64,000 nt of DNA from Octopus vulgaris (taxonomy: Eukaryota): the NCBI GenBank assembly GCA_951406725.2, contig OX597833.1, positions 58,404,001 to 58,468,000 on the forward strand. The letters are read 5' to 3'. Positions 52,501-62,503 of this stretch are shown here, piece after piece. The notes beneath the pieces are model-generated. The model searched no databases and was not told the origin of the DNA. It saw nothing but the letters and a program-made list of their open reading frames with translations. Each line of letters begins with the position of its first letter. Positions within the stretch are counted from its first letter, which is position 1. The position numbers and the translations under genes were made by a program.

Positions 52501-53999
52501 CCGTGGCCGCTGCCAGCCTCCCCTGGCACCTGTGCTGGTGGCACATAAAAAGCACCATCCGATCGTGGCCATTTGCCAGCCTCGTTTGGCACGTAAAAAG
52601 CACCCACTACACTCACGGAGTGGTTGGCGTTAGGAAGGGCATCCAGGCTGTAGAAACACTGCCAGATCAGACTGGAGCCTGGTGCAGCCTCCTGGCTTCC
52701 CAGATCCCCGGTCGAACCGTCCAACCCATGCTAGCATGGAAAACGGACTTTAATCGATGATGATGATGATGATGTGGGCAAGTTTGAAAGAACTGTTGGA
52801 CACAGACATTTTATTCTTTTGCCTGTGACAACGTCAATATAACCAAACTCCACTTTGAGAGTAAGATGAGAAGAAGGACCTTTGCTAGTCCAGTAAATTT
52901 TCTGAAAGGCGGGTGAGGGTAGTAAGGGAGTGGAGTAGGCCCAAAAAAATCGACCTGCTCTTTGCGTGTACTTACAGCTCAGAGAACACAAGTGGACTTG
53001 CCCTTGATAGCCAGAGTAACCTTGGTTCTGTACGGTTCCTTGGTTCATTGTAGGGGACCATTCTTTTAGTGGGATCTCCTCATTTCATGTCTGCTATTAT
53101 TTTCCATGGCCTCTTTCTCTTTTACACTATGGATTTTGTATTTCAAGATTTCAAATCTTGCCACAGTCCGCTTTAGCTTTCACCCTTCCAGGTCAATAAA
53201 ATAAAGCACCAGTGAAAACTGGAGTTGGTTTAATTGACTAAACCCCACCTCCTGTCAAATTTCTGGACTTACACTTACTATTAAAAATTGCCACAGACTT
53301 TATTATTTTTATCATTAAAATCGGTTGTTGTTCAGTCTGTTTTTTTTAAGAGTATAAGGGTAGAATTGGTAGAAACTCGCAAAATTTAGATATGTTCCCT
53401 TAATATTTTCTGAGATCAAACCCTGCTGATGTCAACTTAGAATGCTACCTTCCCCAGGTTAATAAAATACAGTACCAGTCCCACTCAAGTACTGACAGGG
53501 TCAATATAACCAAATGTCAAGCCCTTTTTTGACCCCCCCCCCCTCAAAATTAAGGACTTTGTGTTTATTTCAGAAACCTGTTATCATCCAAAACCCCATT
53601 TTTTTAACTTACTATTTTTTGTTTTATATTTTATTTTATTTTATTTTTTTTTTTTTTATTATTATTTATTTGTCTTTTGGCACCCGGGCGTTGGAATGCT
53701 GTGGCGCTACACTAAGTGTCGGATAATCTGGATTAGTTATCGTCTAAATTTGTTCCCTTGCAGGTTACCTCGAAGATATTACAGGAGATGTGAACGCCAC
53801 TTTTTATATGAGCGGCGTGATGCTGACATTGTCAGGTGTGATCTCGCTCCCGCTCAACCGACTGAAGAAGTGGCAAGAGCAACGCGACCAAGGCAGCCCC
53901 GAAGAGGAGCCGATCAATGACCAAGAGGCCAAAACTGCGAGCCCGTCAGACAGCGGTGTCAGCGAATTATTTAAGACCGAGGAGTTTGTACAGAATTAG
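39925..53999 (+). CDS. SLC16 / monocarboxylate transporter (MCT) family MFS protein, 6 coding exons, 714 aa; specific orthologue not assignable
   Basis: Spliced CDS join(39925..40198,41612..41755,43228..44322,46626..46895,47786..47911,53764..53999) = 2145 nt, open throughout, all introns GT-AG. SLC16 signature motifs PPDGGWGW (TM1), YWFEKKRAFATGVAVCG (TM4-5), TNIVGRLLSGFLAD (TM8), LLVDLLGLGQLTKSFG (TM10-11). Confidence 0.93.
40271..40434. repeat. 67-bp inverted repeat with 30-nt loop in MCT intron 1
   Basis: Arms 40271-40337 and 40368-40434, two differences; immediately follows (TA)n. Confidence 0.85.
40535..40923 (-). mobile_element. SINE family 1 in MCT intron 1
   Basis: Full-length reverse-complement match. 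Confidence 0.85.
41612..41755 (+). CDS. MCT coding exon 2 (GPFASTLATKYGCRKVTIAG...TYGILG-G)
   Basis: tttttccAG|GT acceptor, G|gtaagt donor, 144 nt, phase 1-1; MFS TM2-3 loop motif KYGCR. Confidence 0.93.
42250..42632 (+). mobile_element. Retroelement 3' region with (TGA)n tail (RTE-type tail)
   Basis: ggaagggcatccagc...aacccatgctagcatggaaa..ggacgttaaacgatgatg; related copies at 38562-38985, 41277-41368, 52400-52773 and 60380-60495. Confidence 0.7.
43228..44322 (+). CDS. MCT coding exon 3 (TM4-TM7 and the large cytoplasmic loop)
   Basis: Long pyrimidine tract then tttgcAG|GC; G|gtaagt donor; 1095 nt open; GIGFGFIYLPSIVIIGYWFEKKRAFATG...LNCAVCGALFRP...IDLSLFRNLTF. Confidence 0.95.
44426..46545. 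repeat. (CAC/CAT/TAC)-based hierarchical minisatellite filling MCT intron 3
   Basis: 37-bp unit x4, then ~175-bp units x~6, then ~120-bp units x~5. Confidence 0.9.
46626..46895 (+). CDS. MCT coding exon 4 (GFFIPVVYLP...IYGLGV)
   Basis: ttgttcccAG|GT acceptor, G|gtaagt donor, 270 nt, phase 1-1. Confidence 0.93.
47100..47668 (+). mobile_element. 5'-truncated RTE-clade LINE, young-looking, in MCT intron 4
   Basis: Uninterrupted frame YKYLGSY...ILLYGSETW...FAGHC...LLLWKP...DREFW to stop at 47659, (TGA)n tail, 10-bp TSD TGGGTCTGAG at 47090-47099 and 47669-47678. Confidence 0.88.
47786..47911 (+). CDS. MCT coding exon 5 (AAFVSLRSVLLVDLLGLGQLTKSFGLLTLFQGIATMAGLPLG-G); absent from the supplied ORF track
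   Basis: Long poly-T tract then tgcAG|CT; G|gtgagt donor; 126 nt; typical MCT TM10-TM11 sequence. Confidence 0.92.
48140..48880. repeat. Minisatellite acaaatatacaatagataaatatacataacag(AT)n
   Basis: More than 12 units with a variable TA spacer. Confidence 0.9.
50915..51390. repeat. G-rich ~28-bp minisatellite ctgtggggagggaccttgagaatgcca
   Basis: About 15 degenerate units. Confidence 0.85.
53764..53999 (+). CDS. MCT coding exon 6 (GYLEDITGDVNATFYMSG...EEFVQN*)
   Basis: ttcccttgcAG|GT acceptor; TM12 followed by an acidic tail; stop TAG at 53997-53999. Confidence 0.92.
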
Positions 54000-54370
54000 A
54001 GAGTACTCCTTGTTTCTTTTTTTTTTTTATCTATTTTGTTTTACGAATACCAGGTATTCTTTCATTCTTCAGCCTTAGCATTTTGGTAAATGGGTGGGGG
54101 GCTTAATAGTAATTGTATTGGTGGTGGTGGTCGTGGTGGTGATTCTAATAATGGTGATGGTGATGTTTTAAGATTACTAAGTTTTAAGATTCCTAGAATG
54201 CGAAAGCGACAGGTGTGTGTATGTGTAATTGCATATATGTATATATATATATATATAAGGGTAAAATTAATTAATTAATTAGTAATTAATTAATTACCCT
54301 TATTATTATTGACAATATAATTCTCTCCCTGATAATAAACTACAGATTCCTCTGTAGGAATTTGTTGCTA

Positions 54371-54413
<43 letters not shown>

Positions 54414-54442
54414 TTTGTTAGTGTGGATTTACTCATTAATAT

Positions 54443-54476
<34 letters not shown>

Positions 54477-54480
<4 letters not shown>

Positions 54481-54695
54481 TGGGGGTGCTGAAAAGTTCC
54501 TGGTTTTGGGGAAAAGAAAATACAGGAGGAACGGTTAATTATGATTTCATTCGACATATTTTCCTCTCAGATTCACACACTTATTACAGCAGTCCTTCAG
54601 TTTTTCTAAGCCCAGTGAAGAACTCGGAAGGTTGGGCCACCAACTGGGCCTTTCTTGATATCCTTAAAGCTAGGAACTTTTCAACACCCCTCGTA
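54477..54695. mobile_element. Tc1/mariner-type MITE
   Basis: Same TIRs; ends cccctcg|TA. Confidence 0.72.
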
Positions 54696-56210
54696 ATATG
54701 TATGTGCATATATATATATATATACACACACACAAATATATAGGGATAGATAGATAGATAGATATGTGTGTGTGTTTGCATATATATATACATGTGTGTG
54801 TGTGTGTAGTAAGTGAACAGTAGAGTTAGTAGAGTATCAGACACAATACTTTGTTGTATTTGCTTATCTCCCTTTTATGGCCTCTCAAATCTTTCCCAGA
54901 TCCAATCTGTTTCTTAAACGAGGGACATATTCATATGGCACAGAATGTTTTTTATCTCAATAGACGTCATTGATTGGTTGAAATTGTCTCTGTGGTAGGG
55001 CTCCAGGCCTGGGCCAAACAAAACCAAGACGGAGCACCTGGCATCTGGGGTATTGTTAGGGGCTTACAGACCCCTTACCAGTCAAGCAGGCAATATGACT
55101 AGTGCAACTTCCATGTTAGCATTCTGAAGACCAGTGGTGGGGAAGAATGACCAATGTCCTTGGAGAAACTCTGAGTGTCATTGCAAATCAATTAATTAAT
55201 TGGCTCGTCTATTCTGGAAGGATTTTCATGCCCAAGGATTCTTAACTTTCAGAACTTCCTCCTCTGGTTATGCTACCGAGGAGCATTGCTGGTTCAAGAT
55301 AAACTCTACAGGCACAGAAATACTGTGAGCAGAGAGCCTATCTGAGATGTACAAAGTGACAAAACCATTCTGCCTAACCTTTCATCAATGTTTGAAACAT
55401 TTCTGACTTGTGGGGTTTTGCTGAACTGCTGCCATCACATGTGGACAAAATTCAGTTACAAATAGACATTCACTTAGCATTCACTTAGCATTCACTTAGC
55501 ATTCACTTAGTATTCACTTAGCATTCACCTGCAAGTTTTAGAATGTCCGTTTTGAGCTCAGAACCTATTGCGATGCTTGTTGTTATTTAGTTCCAGTTCA
55601 GCTTTGATCAAACTGACCTATGATTAAAAGGCATTTCAGCCATGACTCTCCCATCTTTTTCTGTATGTGTAGGGAACCTAGGACTGCATTTTCCAATGTA
55701 TCTTTTTTTTTTCTAAGATGGGTGAGATTACAATTGAGGGAGATTTGACTGCTGTTTCTAGTAGGTTGTGTGACCACATAGACGTCCCCCGTTGCTTTGA
55801 GTTCAGTTTCTGTCATGTAGAATGGTGGTATTACCACCACCATTCCACAACACAGATACTGATCTCCGGTAATGCTTGTCTTGTTCTTACTACGCTCTTT
55901 GTACTTTTATTTTTTTTAGAGTCAGATTACACCGCTTGTATATGATGCCTTCATATTCTTTAGTGTAAATACAAGTAATACCTAAAACCCAGTTTTCAGC
56001 TACATGATGACAGTTGATAATAGAAAGCAAGAAGAAACCTTATAAATTTAAACCCTGTCATGGTTATTTGTCAATCAGGGGTCAGTATAAATAGGGACCA
56101 ATAAACAGAGGGGTCAGTTCAGTTGACTATAGTGAGCCCTTTTAAGATTTGAACTTATGGCTTGATTAGAAAAATAATAAATCACTATTTTCTTGCCAGT
56201 AAATCATTAA

Positions 56211-56469
56211 AATAATAATAAATGCGCCCTTTTAAAGCCTAGCCAGGCTCATGGCCCCGGTTTCCCGGTTTCAATGGCGTATGTGTTCCCCAGTTGGACG
56301 GGACGCCAGTCCATCGCAGCGTTACTCATTTTTGCCAGCTGAGTGGACTGGAGCAACGTGAAATGAAGTGTTTTGCTCAAGAACTCAACGCGTCGCCCGG
56401 TCAAGGAATCGAAACCACAACCTTACGATCATGATGCTGACACCCTAACCATTAATCCACGTGCCTCCA
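56211..56469 (-). mobile_element. SINE family 3 variant with 14-bp TSD
   Basis: CAGTAAATCATTAA at 56197-56210 and 56470-56483. Confidence 0.85.
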
Positions 56470-56647
56470 CAGTAAATCATTAAGTGTAGGGAAAAGTTTT
56501 AACATTTGAAATAACAACCACTTCAAAGTGTGTACTGGGTGGATTTCATTCTGGCCCTAGCACCAGAGATGTTGTCATACCCCCAGCATGACTTAGTCGT
56601 CTTCTTGACTCTATTGTTACCACTGTTCGATATGCCAACTACTTTAA

Positions 56648-56867
56648 CCCTTTTGTTACTGTATTTATTTTGAGATGCTCTGTGTTTCTTTCAATTACTT
56701 TAAATATAACAAATACTTTAGTAAAATAACTTAGCTATCATTCAGCTAGTGTTAGGAACATAAATTGTGACTAAGGTTTGGTGGAAGATTTTAACTCAAA
56801 ACTTATGAAAACAATATATTTGTACTCAGAGCCAGAGCCAGTTTCAGCCGGGTTGGTAACAAAAGGG
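56648..56867. mobile_element. piggyBac-type MITE
   Basis: TTAA|CCCTTTTGTTAC...GTAACAAAAGGG|TTAA. Confidence 0.85.
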
Positions 56868-57800
56868 TTAAAGTGTGTACTGGGTGCATTTTGTTGTGGC
56901 AGCAGCCCTAACCAGGTGCCTTGTACTTATGCAGGATTAAATCGCTCACCTTACTCTAATGGTGTGAGAGATGACATAAGCTGGGTGTAGGGTGGGATGG
57001 TGAGAGGCATGGAAGTGTGACAGGAGGAACAGTGCTGTTAGTGAAAGAAGGTGGAAGAGAAGAGAGAGAGAGAAAATCATAGAAGATACAGTGCTGAGGA
57101 GGGTAATGACAGAGAAATAGTGATGGGAACTACATGTTTGGTGGCATTAGGGTGTTTGGTTGATGGGAGGTTGTAGAAAGTAGCGATGGTAAGAGGGAAG
57201 CGATGTGTGCCGTTGATAAGTTAATTAAAGGGAGCGAGGGAGGGAAGGATGGTGAAGTGAAAATCTCCCCTCCCGTCCCTTTCTCAAATTATTTTGATAA
57301 GGATGAGAGTTTTGTGGATGGTGACAAGAGTGAGCAGAAAGAGATCCAGTTGCTATCCTATGTCATATACAGGTGACATGGCGCAGTGAATGTAAGGGCA
57401 AATGATAGTAAAAGAGAGGAGTGGGTTTCAAGGGGGCAGAGGGGCAGTTGCGAAAGGGTGGATGACAGATTAGCAAGAGGGTGTCGTAGAGACAGATTGG
57501 TGGTGGTGGTTGGGGGTGTGTAGAGGCAGGGTGGCTGTCGTTGAGAGCGACTCGGCCTTCATCACTACCTCTGTTTTCATGTTCCCATCACCATCCATGT
57601 TCAGGAAAGAACTGCATATTGTTAATTGTCACAGCCCCTTATCTCTTTCGTGAGTCTCAGCATCTCAAGATCAGTCTTCATCACTTTGTCTCATGGCCTC
57701 CTTGGTCTCACTCTTCCCTAGTTTCCATCTACTTTGAGCACTCAGCACTTTATATATATGTATCAAATGAAATAGATGAAAAACAGGACACAAAGGATGT

Positions 57801-57895
57801 TGCGGTACATATGTTTCGGGCTTTATAGAACAATTTATTCTTACATCAATGCATAATCGATATAACAGATAGATCAAAAGACCTCATCAGCCGCA
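57801..57895 (-). ncRNA. Type I hammerhead ribozyme motif (core complete)
   Basis: Minus strand reads TGCGG-CTGATGA-GGTCTTT...AAAGCCC-GAAA-CATATG-TA^CCGCA: 5-bp stem I, CUGAUGA core, stem II with long loop, GAAA, palindromic stem III ACATATGT, GUA cleavage triplet. Confidence 0.75.
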
Positions 57896-57963
57896 TGCAA
57901 TTGCTACAATCAGTATGCATGGACAATGGTGTAGGAACAGGCTGAGACACTGTAGCAATTGCA

Positions 57964-58058
57964 TGCGGCTGAAGAGGTCTTTTGAACTATCTGTTATATC
58001 GATTATGCATTGATGTAAGAATAAGTTGTTCTATAAAGCCCGAAACATATATACCACA
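57964..58058 (+). ncRNA. Degenerate inverted copy of the same hammerhead
   Basis: TGCGG-CTGAAGA-GGTCTTT...AAAGCCC-GAAA-CATATA-TA-CCACA; two G>A changes weaken stems III and I. Confidence 0.55.
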
Positions 58059-58169
58059 ACATCGTTTGTGTCCCGTTTTTCATTTTATTTCATTTGATAC
58101 ATATATCCTATCACCTATGCTACTAGCTGGCATATACAGGTGCTTACATTTATCAAGTATTCACCCTGA

Positions 58170-58213
<44 letters not shown>

Positions 58214-58806
58214 ATGCATATATAATACTGTTGTCATTCTTACACATTATAAGCCCATACCAATGTAGTTTTTTTTTTCTCTCTTGCACATGACTTCATA
58301 TTCCTCTAGTATCTAGTTTTTGTCTCAGCCCGTTCCTACACCATTGTCCATGCATACTGATTGTACACTTCTACACTTCCTGTAGTGCAAGTCTGTCTCG
58401 TTTCTTCCCCATCTTCACAAACCCTCAGTATTCAAAGGCCACGATTTCACTCCGTGCGGCATTGCACCTCGTACATAAGCATCATAAACCCTTCCCTTCA
58501 CTCTGTCAAAGAAACCCTTTGTTATCAGCAGATGCAAAAAGCTCTTTGAAAATTTCTTCTCTCTGTCCCATTCTTACTATAGTTACTATAGTCACCTGGG
58601 TGACACAATCCATCTATCAATTCCAAAGAGATACCTGTGCACTTGAGAAAACCTTTTACACCTGTGCTCTTAATACTTACTAGACTTATTGCAGATGCTA
58701 CATATGAATTCTGTTTACACTATTAGCAGCCTGGTTGTGATCCCTTTGTATATACTGTCTACTGTGTGTGTGTATACATACATATTTACATATGAATATG
58801 TTTGTT

Positions 58807-58904
<98 letters not shown>

Positions 58905-58912
58905 TACATACA

Positions 58913-58952
<40 letters not shown>

Positions 58953-59449
58953 GCTGACCCTCGTTATCGAGTATGGCCATTGCATGAAGCTTAACTGTTA
59001 TTGGTGCTGTGATCGAATGTGACTTTTTAGCCCAGCTAAAGATCTACAATGTCTTGTACAAAATTGGCAACTAAAACCTTTACTGGTAATAGCCGGCTGT
59101 AGTTGTGACTACAGCTACATACATACATACATACACATATTCATATATGTATGTATGTATTTGAAGTGTACATGATTGTGTGTGTGATTCCATTAATGTC
59201 TAGTTAGCATTTCTCTCTCTCTGTCACTTCCCTCTCCCTCTCTCTCTCTCATGCTTCTTTAATCCTACAGAAATACTCAAGCCATTCTACTTTCAGTCAC
59301 AGATCTTCCACATTGAATGCCCAACCTCTGTGCCATTCCTGTGAAGTACCAACTTAACATGTCCTTTTGTACACGAGAAATATCACACACACACACACAT
59401 ACACACATATGGTATAATAGAATGGAAGTGAGTCTCTGTGGTTAAAAAA

Positions 59450-60360
59450 ATTTTTACTTGACAATAATACTTGGGATTCCCTTGCACACTGGGGATGGAG
59501 ATCTGCTAAGTGGAGGGATGTGCTGAGGGGAAATGGCATGTCACAGGGGACCCCTTGCTAAGGGAACTGATGTCCAACAAGGGTTTGGTGAAGCAATCAG
59601 ACGGGCATCATGCAGTCTGTCTGATATAAATGGGAATTTCTGAGGGTGTATTTTACAAAGTGAATGTGGTTCAGTAAAGGTGCAGTGGAAGGGTCAGTTA
59701 TATATAAAGTGGGGGTGGTTAGGGTTGAATGAGGTGGGTGGTGTTGGAGAGGATTTGACAGGTGTGCTGGAAAGTAGAGAGGTTTAGCAGCTGGGTTGAT
59801 TGCAAAGGAGGGTGGTGTTGGAAAAGGGGACAGGTATGGCAGTTGGGTCAAGAGCAAAGAAGGGATCCTGCTTGCCGGGCAAAGGATGGGGGTATGGAAG
59901 AGCCTGTAGAAGGTGCAGTGGAAGGGTCAGTTATATATAAAGAGGGGTGGTTAGGGTTGAATGAGGTGGGTGGTGTTGGAGAGGATCCGACAGGTGTGTT
60001 GGAAAGTAGAGAGATTTAGCAGCTGGGTTGATTGCAAAGGAGGGTGGTGTTGGAAAAGGGGACAGGTATGGCAGTTGGGTCAAGAGCAAAGAAGGGATCC
60101 TGGTTGAGGGGCAAATGATTGGGGGTATGGAAGAGCCTGTAGATGAGTAGGTTATGTTGATTACAGGTGTGTGAAGGAGGGGGAAGGGTGGTAGGGAAGA
60201 GGGAAAGGAAAGAAGTTATAGGTGGGGCAGGTGCTGGAGGGGAGGATAGAGTTGTGGTTGACATTGTGGGCAAAGATGGGGACAGATTGGACAAGGATAG
60301 CCAGGAATTATCCACAACACGGGAAATGTTGGACTATGTGTTAAGGTTGTCGCAAGGCAA
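59450..60360 (-). mobile_element. Decayed Penelope-like element, GIY-YIG endonuclease region, with an internal 233-bp tandem duplication
   Basis: Minus-strand frameshifted translation gives GSLLCS*PNCHTCP ... PFHCT ... YIRQTA*CPSDCFTKPLLDI...SPVTCHF, which fits the PLE pattern C-x2-C...F.CT...YIGQT...RF.EH...PV..HF. Duplicated units 59678-59910 and 59911-60143. Confidence 0.6.
59678..60143. repeat. 233-bp tandem duplication
   Basis: 59678-59910 approximately equals 59911-60143. Confidence 0.9.
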
Positions 60361-60830
60361 TGGTTGAAGCCATAGGAAACATTACCTTGCCTGGAAACAA
60401 TTGAGGGTTATTGACAGGAAGGGCATCCAGCTGTAGAGAACCTGCCTCAATGAATTCTATCTGACCCTTGCAAGCATGGAAAAGTGGATGTTAAACACAA
60501 AAGTAGGCAGCCACATGGATTTGTGCTTGTGGCTCATTAATTAGTAGAAACACCATTATTTTTGGTCATAAACCCAAAATTATGTGACCGTCTACTTTTG
60601 TGTTTCCCAGGGGTATAGTCAAATAAAATCATGCCTGCTAAAACCTATTTGTGGGTCCAAAAAGTTAACCCTTTTGTTCGCATATTTCTGTTGAAATATG
60701 CTGCTTATTTTGTTTGAATTAATTTTGAAAGTAATTTAGTAAAATTAACTTAGTAATTATTAAGCTGACTTTGCAACATGAATTAACATGATATTTTGCT
60801 GAAAATTTTTTTTAATTAATACCGCTTTAA

Positions 60831-61443
60831 TCCTTTAACATTTAAACTGAACATGTCCAGCCAAAATGTTCTGTCTGTTTTATATATTTCAAACAGCCAG
60901 ATCAGGCCTGTCACACCTACCCTACAATATCATTCTAAAAACATACTATCTCTCTCTCTTTTACTCTTTTACTTGTTTCAGTCATTTTGACTGCAGCCAT
61001 GCTGGAGCACCACCTTTTAGTCAAGCAAATCGACACCAGGACTTATTCTTTGTAAGCCTAGTACTTATTCTATCGGTCTCTTTTGCCGAATCACTAAGTT
61101 ACGGGGACGTAAACACACCAGCATCGGTTGTCAAGCGATGTTGGGGGGACAAATACAGACACACAAACACGCACACACATATATATATATACATATATAC
61201 GACGGGCTTCTTTTAGTTTCCGTCTACCAAATCCACTCACAAGGCTTTGGTTGGCCCGAGGCTATAGTAGAAGACACTTACCCAAGGTGCCATGCAGTGG
61301 GAATGAACCCGGAACCATGTGGTTGGTAAGCAAGCTACTTACCACACAGCCACTCCTACGCAAAGCTATGAGATAATACATGATCAATTCAAAACAAATT
61401 AAATAAATATTACCTTTGACAGAGTAATCGGAGTGCTAAAGGG
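60831..61443. mobile_element. piggyBac-type MITE (same family as 24565) with nested SINE
   Basis: TTAA flanks; ends gtgctaaaggg|ttaa; interior is the reverse complement of 24565-24790. Confidence 0.7.
60955..61360 (-). mobile_element. SINE family 1 nested in a piggyBac-type MITE
   Basis: Full-length reverse-complement match splitting the MITE. Confidence 0.85.
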
Positions 61444-61784
61444 TTAATACATTAGTTCTGTACCATAGAGCCAGGGATGATCTCAGGTAGTATGGTATCA
61501 ACAGGATTAACAAGACCTCTATTCTTTGCATATTATTTCATCACATCTCTTAATCCCCTTTTTACCACCCATTTTCTTTCAAATATATATTTATCATACT
61601 AGTAAGTGTGTATGTCAATTTGCTTATTGGGATAATCCTTATAAAGCCAAATGTCGTAGTGTATTGTCACCCAAGTGCCTTGCTCAAACACATTGTGTGC
61701 TGCTCAAGTCGGGATTTGAACCCATGACTTTATGATTGCGAGCCCAACACCCTAATCAATAAGCCACATACCCTCATATATATT

Positions 61785-61842
<58 letters not shown>

Positions 61843-62086
61843 TACACATGTAATTATACATTATTTTGGCCAAGTCTACATTGAGTTTCACCTGTGGGTG
61901 CAGAGGATCTTTAGGTGAGTTATAGCAGAACTTGGCTTATGGCCCTGTGCACCCATAGGCAAAAACTCAGTCACAAGGGACTGACTCAGCCAAAATAAAG
62001 CATATACTTAATCTCTGCTATGGTATCGAGTACTCTCTATTTTCTTTCTGACAGCCAACACTAAACAGGTATATACATATATATAC

Positions 62087-62151
<65 letters not shown>

Positions 62152-62169
62152 AGCAAATATATATGTGAA

Positions 62170-62203
<34 letters not shown>

Positions 62204-62208
62204 CATAC

Positions 62209-62243
<35 letters not shown>

Positions 62244-62290
62244 CATACATACATACATATATATATATATACATACATATATATATATAC

Positions 62291-62322
<32 letters not shown>

Positions 62323-62356
62323 GTGTATGTATATATGTACATACATATATATATAT

Positions 62357-62402
<46 letters not shown>

Positions 62403-62461
62403 GTATGTATATATATATTTATATATATATACACATACGTGTATGTATGTATGTATGTGCA

Positions 62462-62503
<42 letters not shown>

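Larger units (their letters stand above)
57754..58106. mobile_element. Fold-back pair of a hammerhead-bearing short element (probable Penelope pLTR derivative)
   Basis: Inverted arms 57754-57908 and 57951-58106 (~155 bp, highly similar), 42-bp spacer, outer ends in TATATA. Confidence 0.7.
57600..58680 (-). mobile_element. Decayed RTE LINE RT C-terminal region, interrupted by the fold-back element and (TA)n
   Basis: Minus-strand remnant LLITKGF...RVKGRVYDAYVRGAMPHGVKSW resembles the RTE motif K.R.Y...VR.AML.GSETW. Confidence 0.55.
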
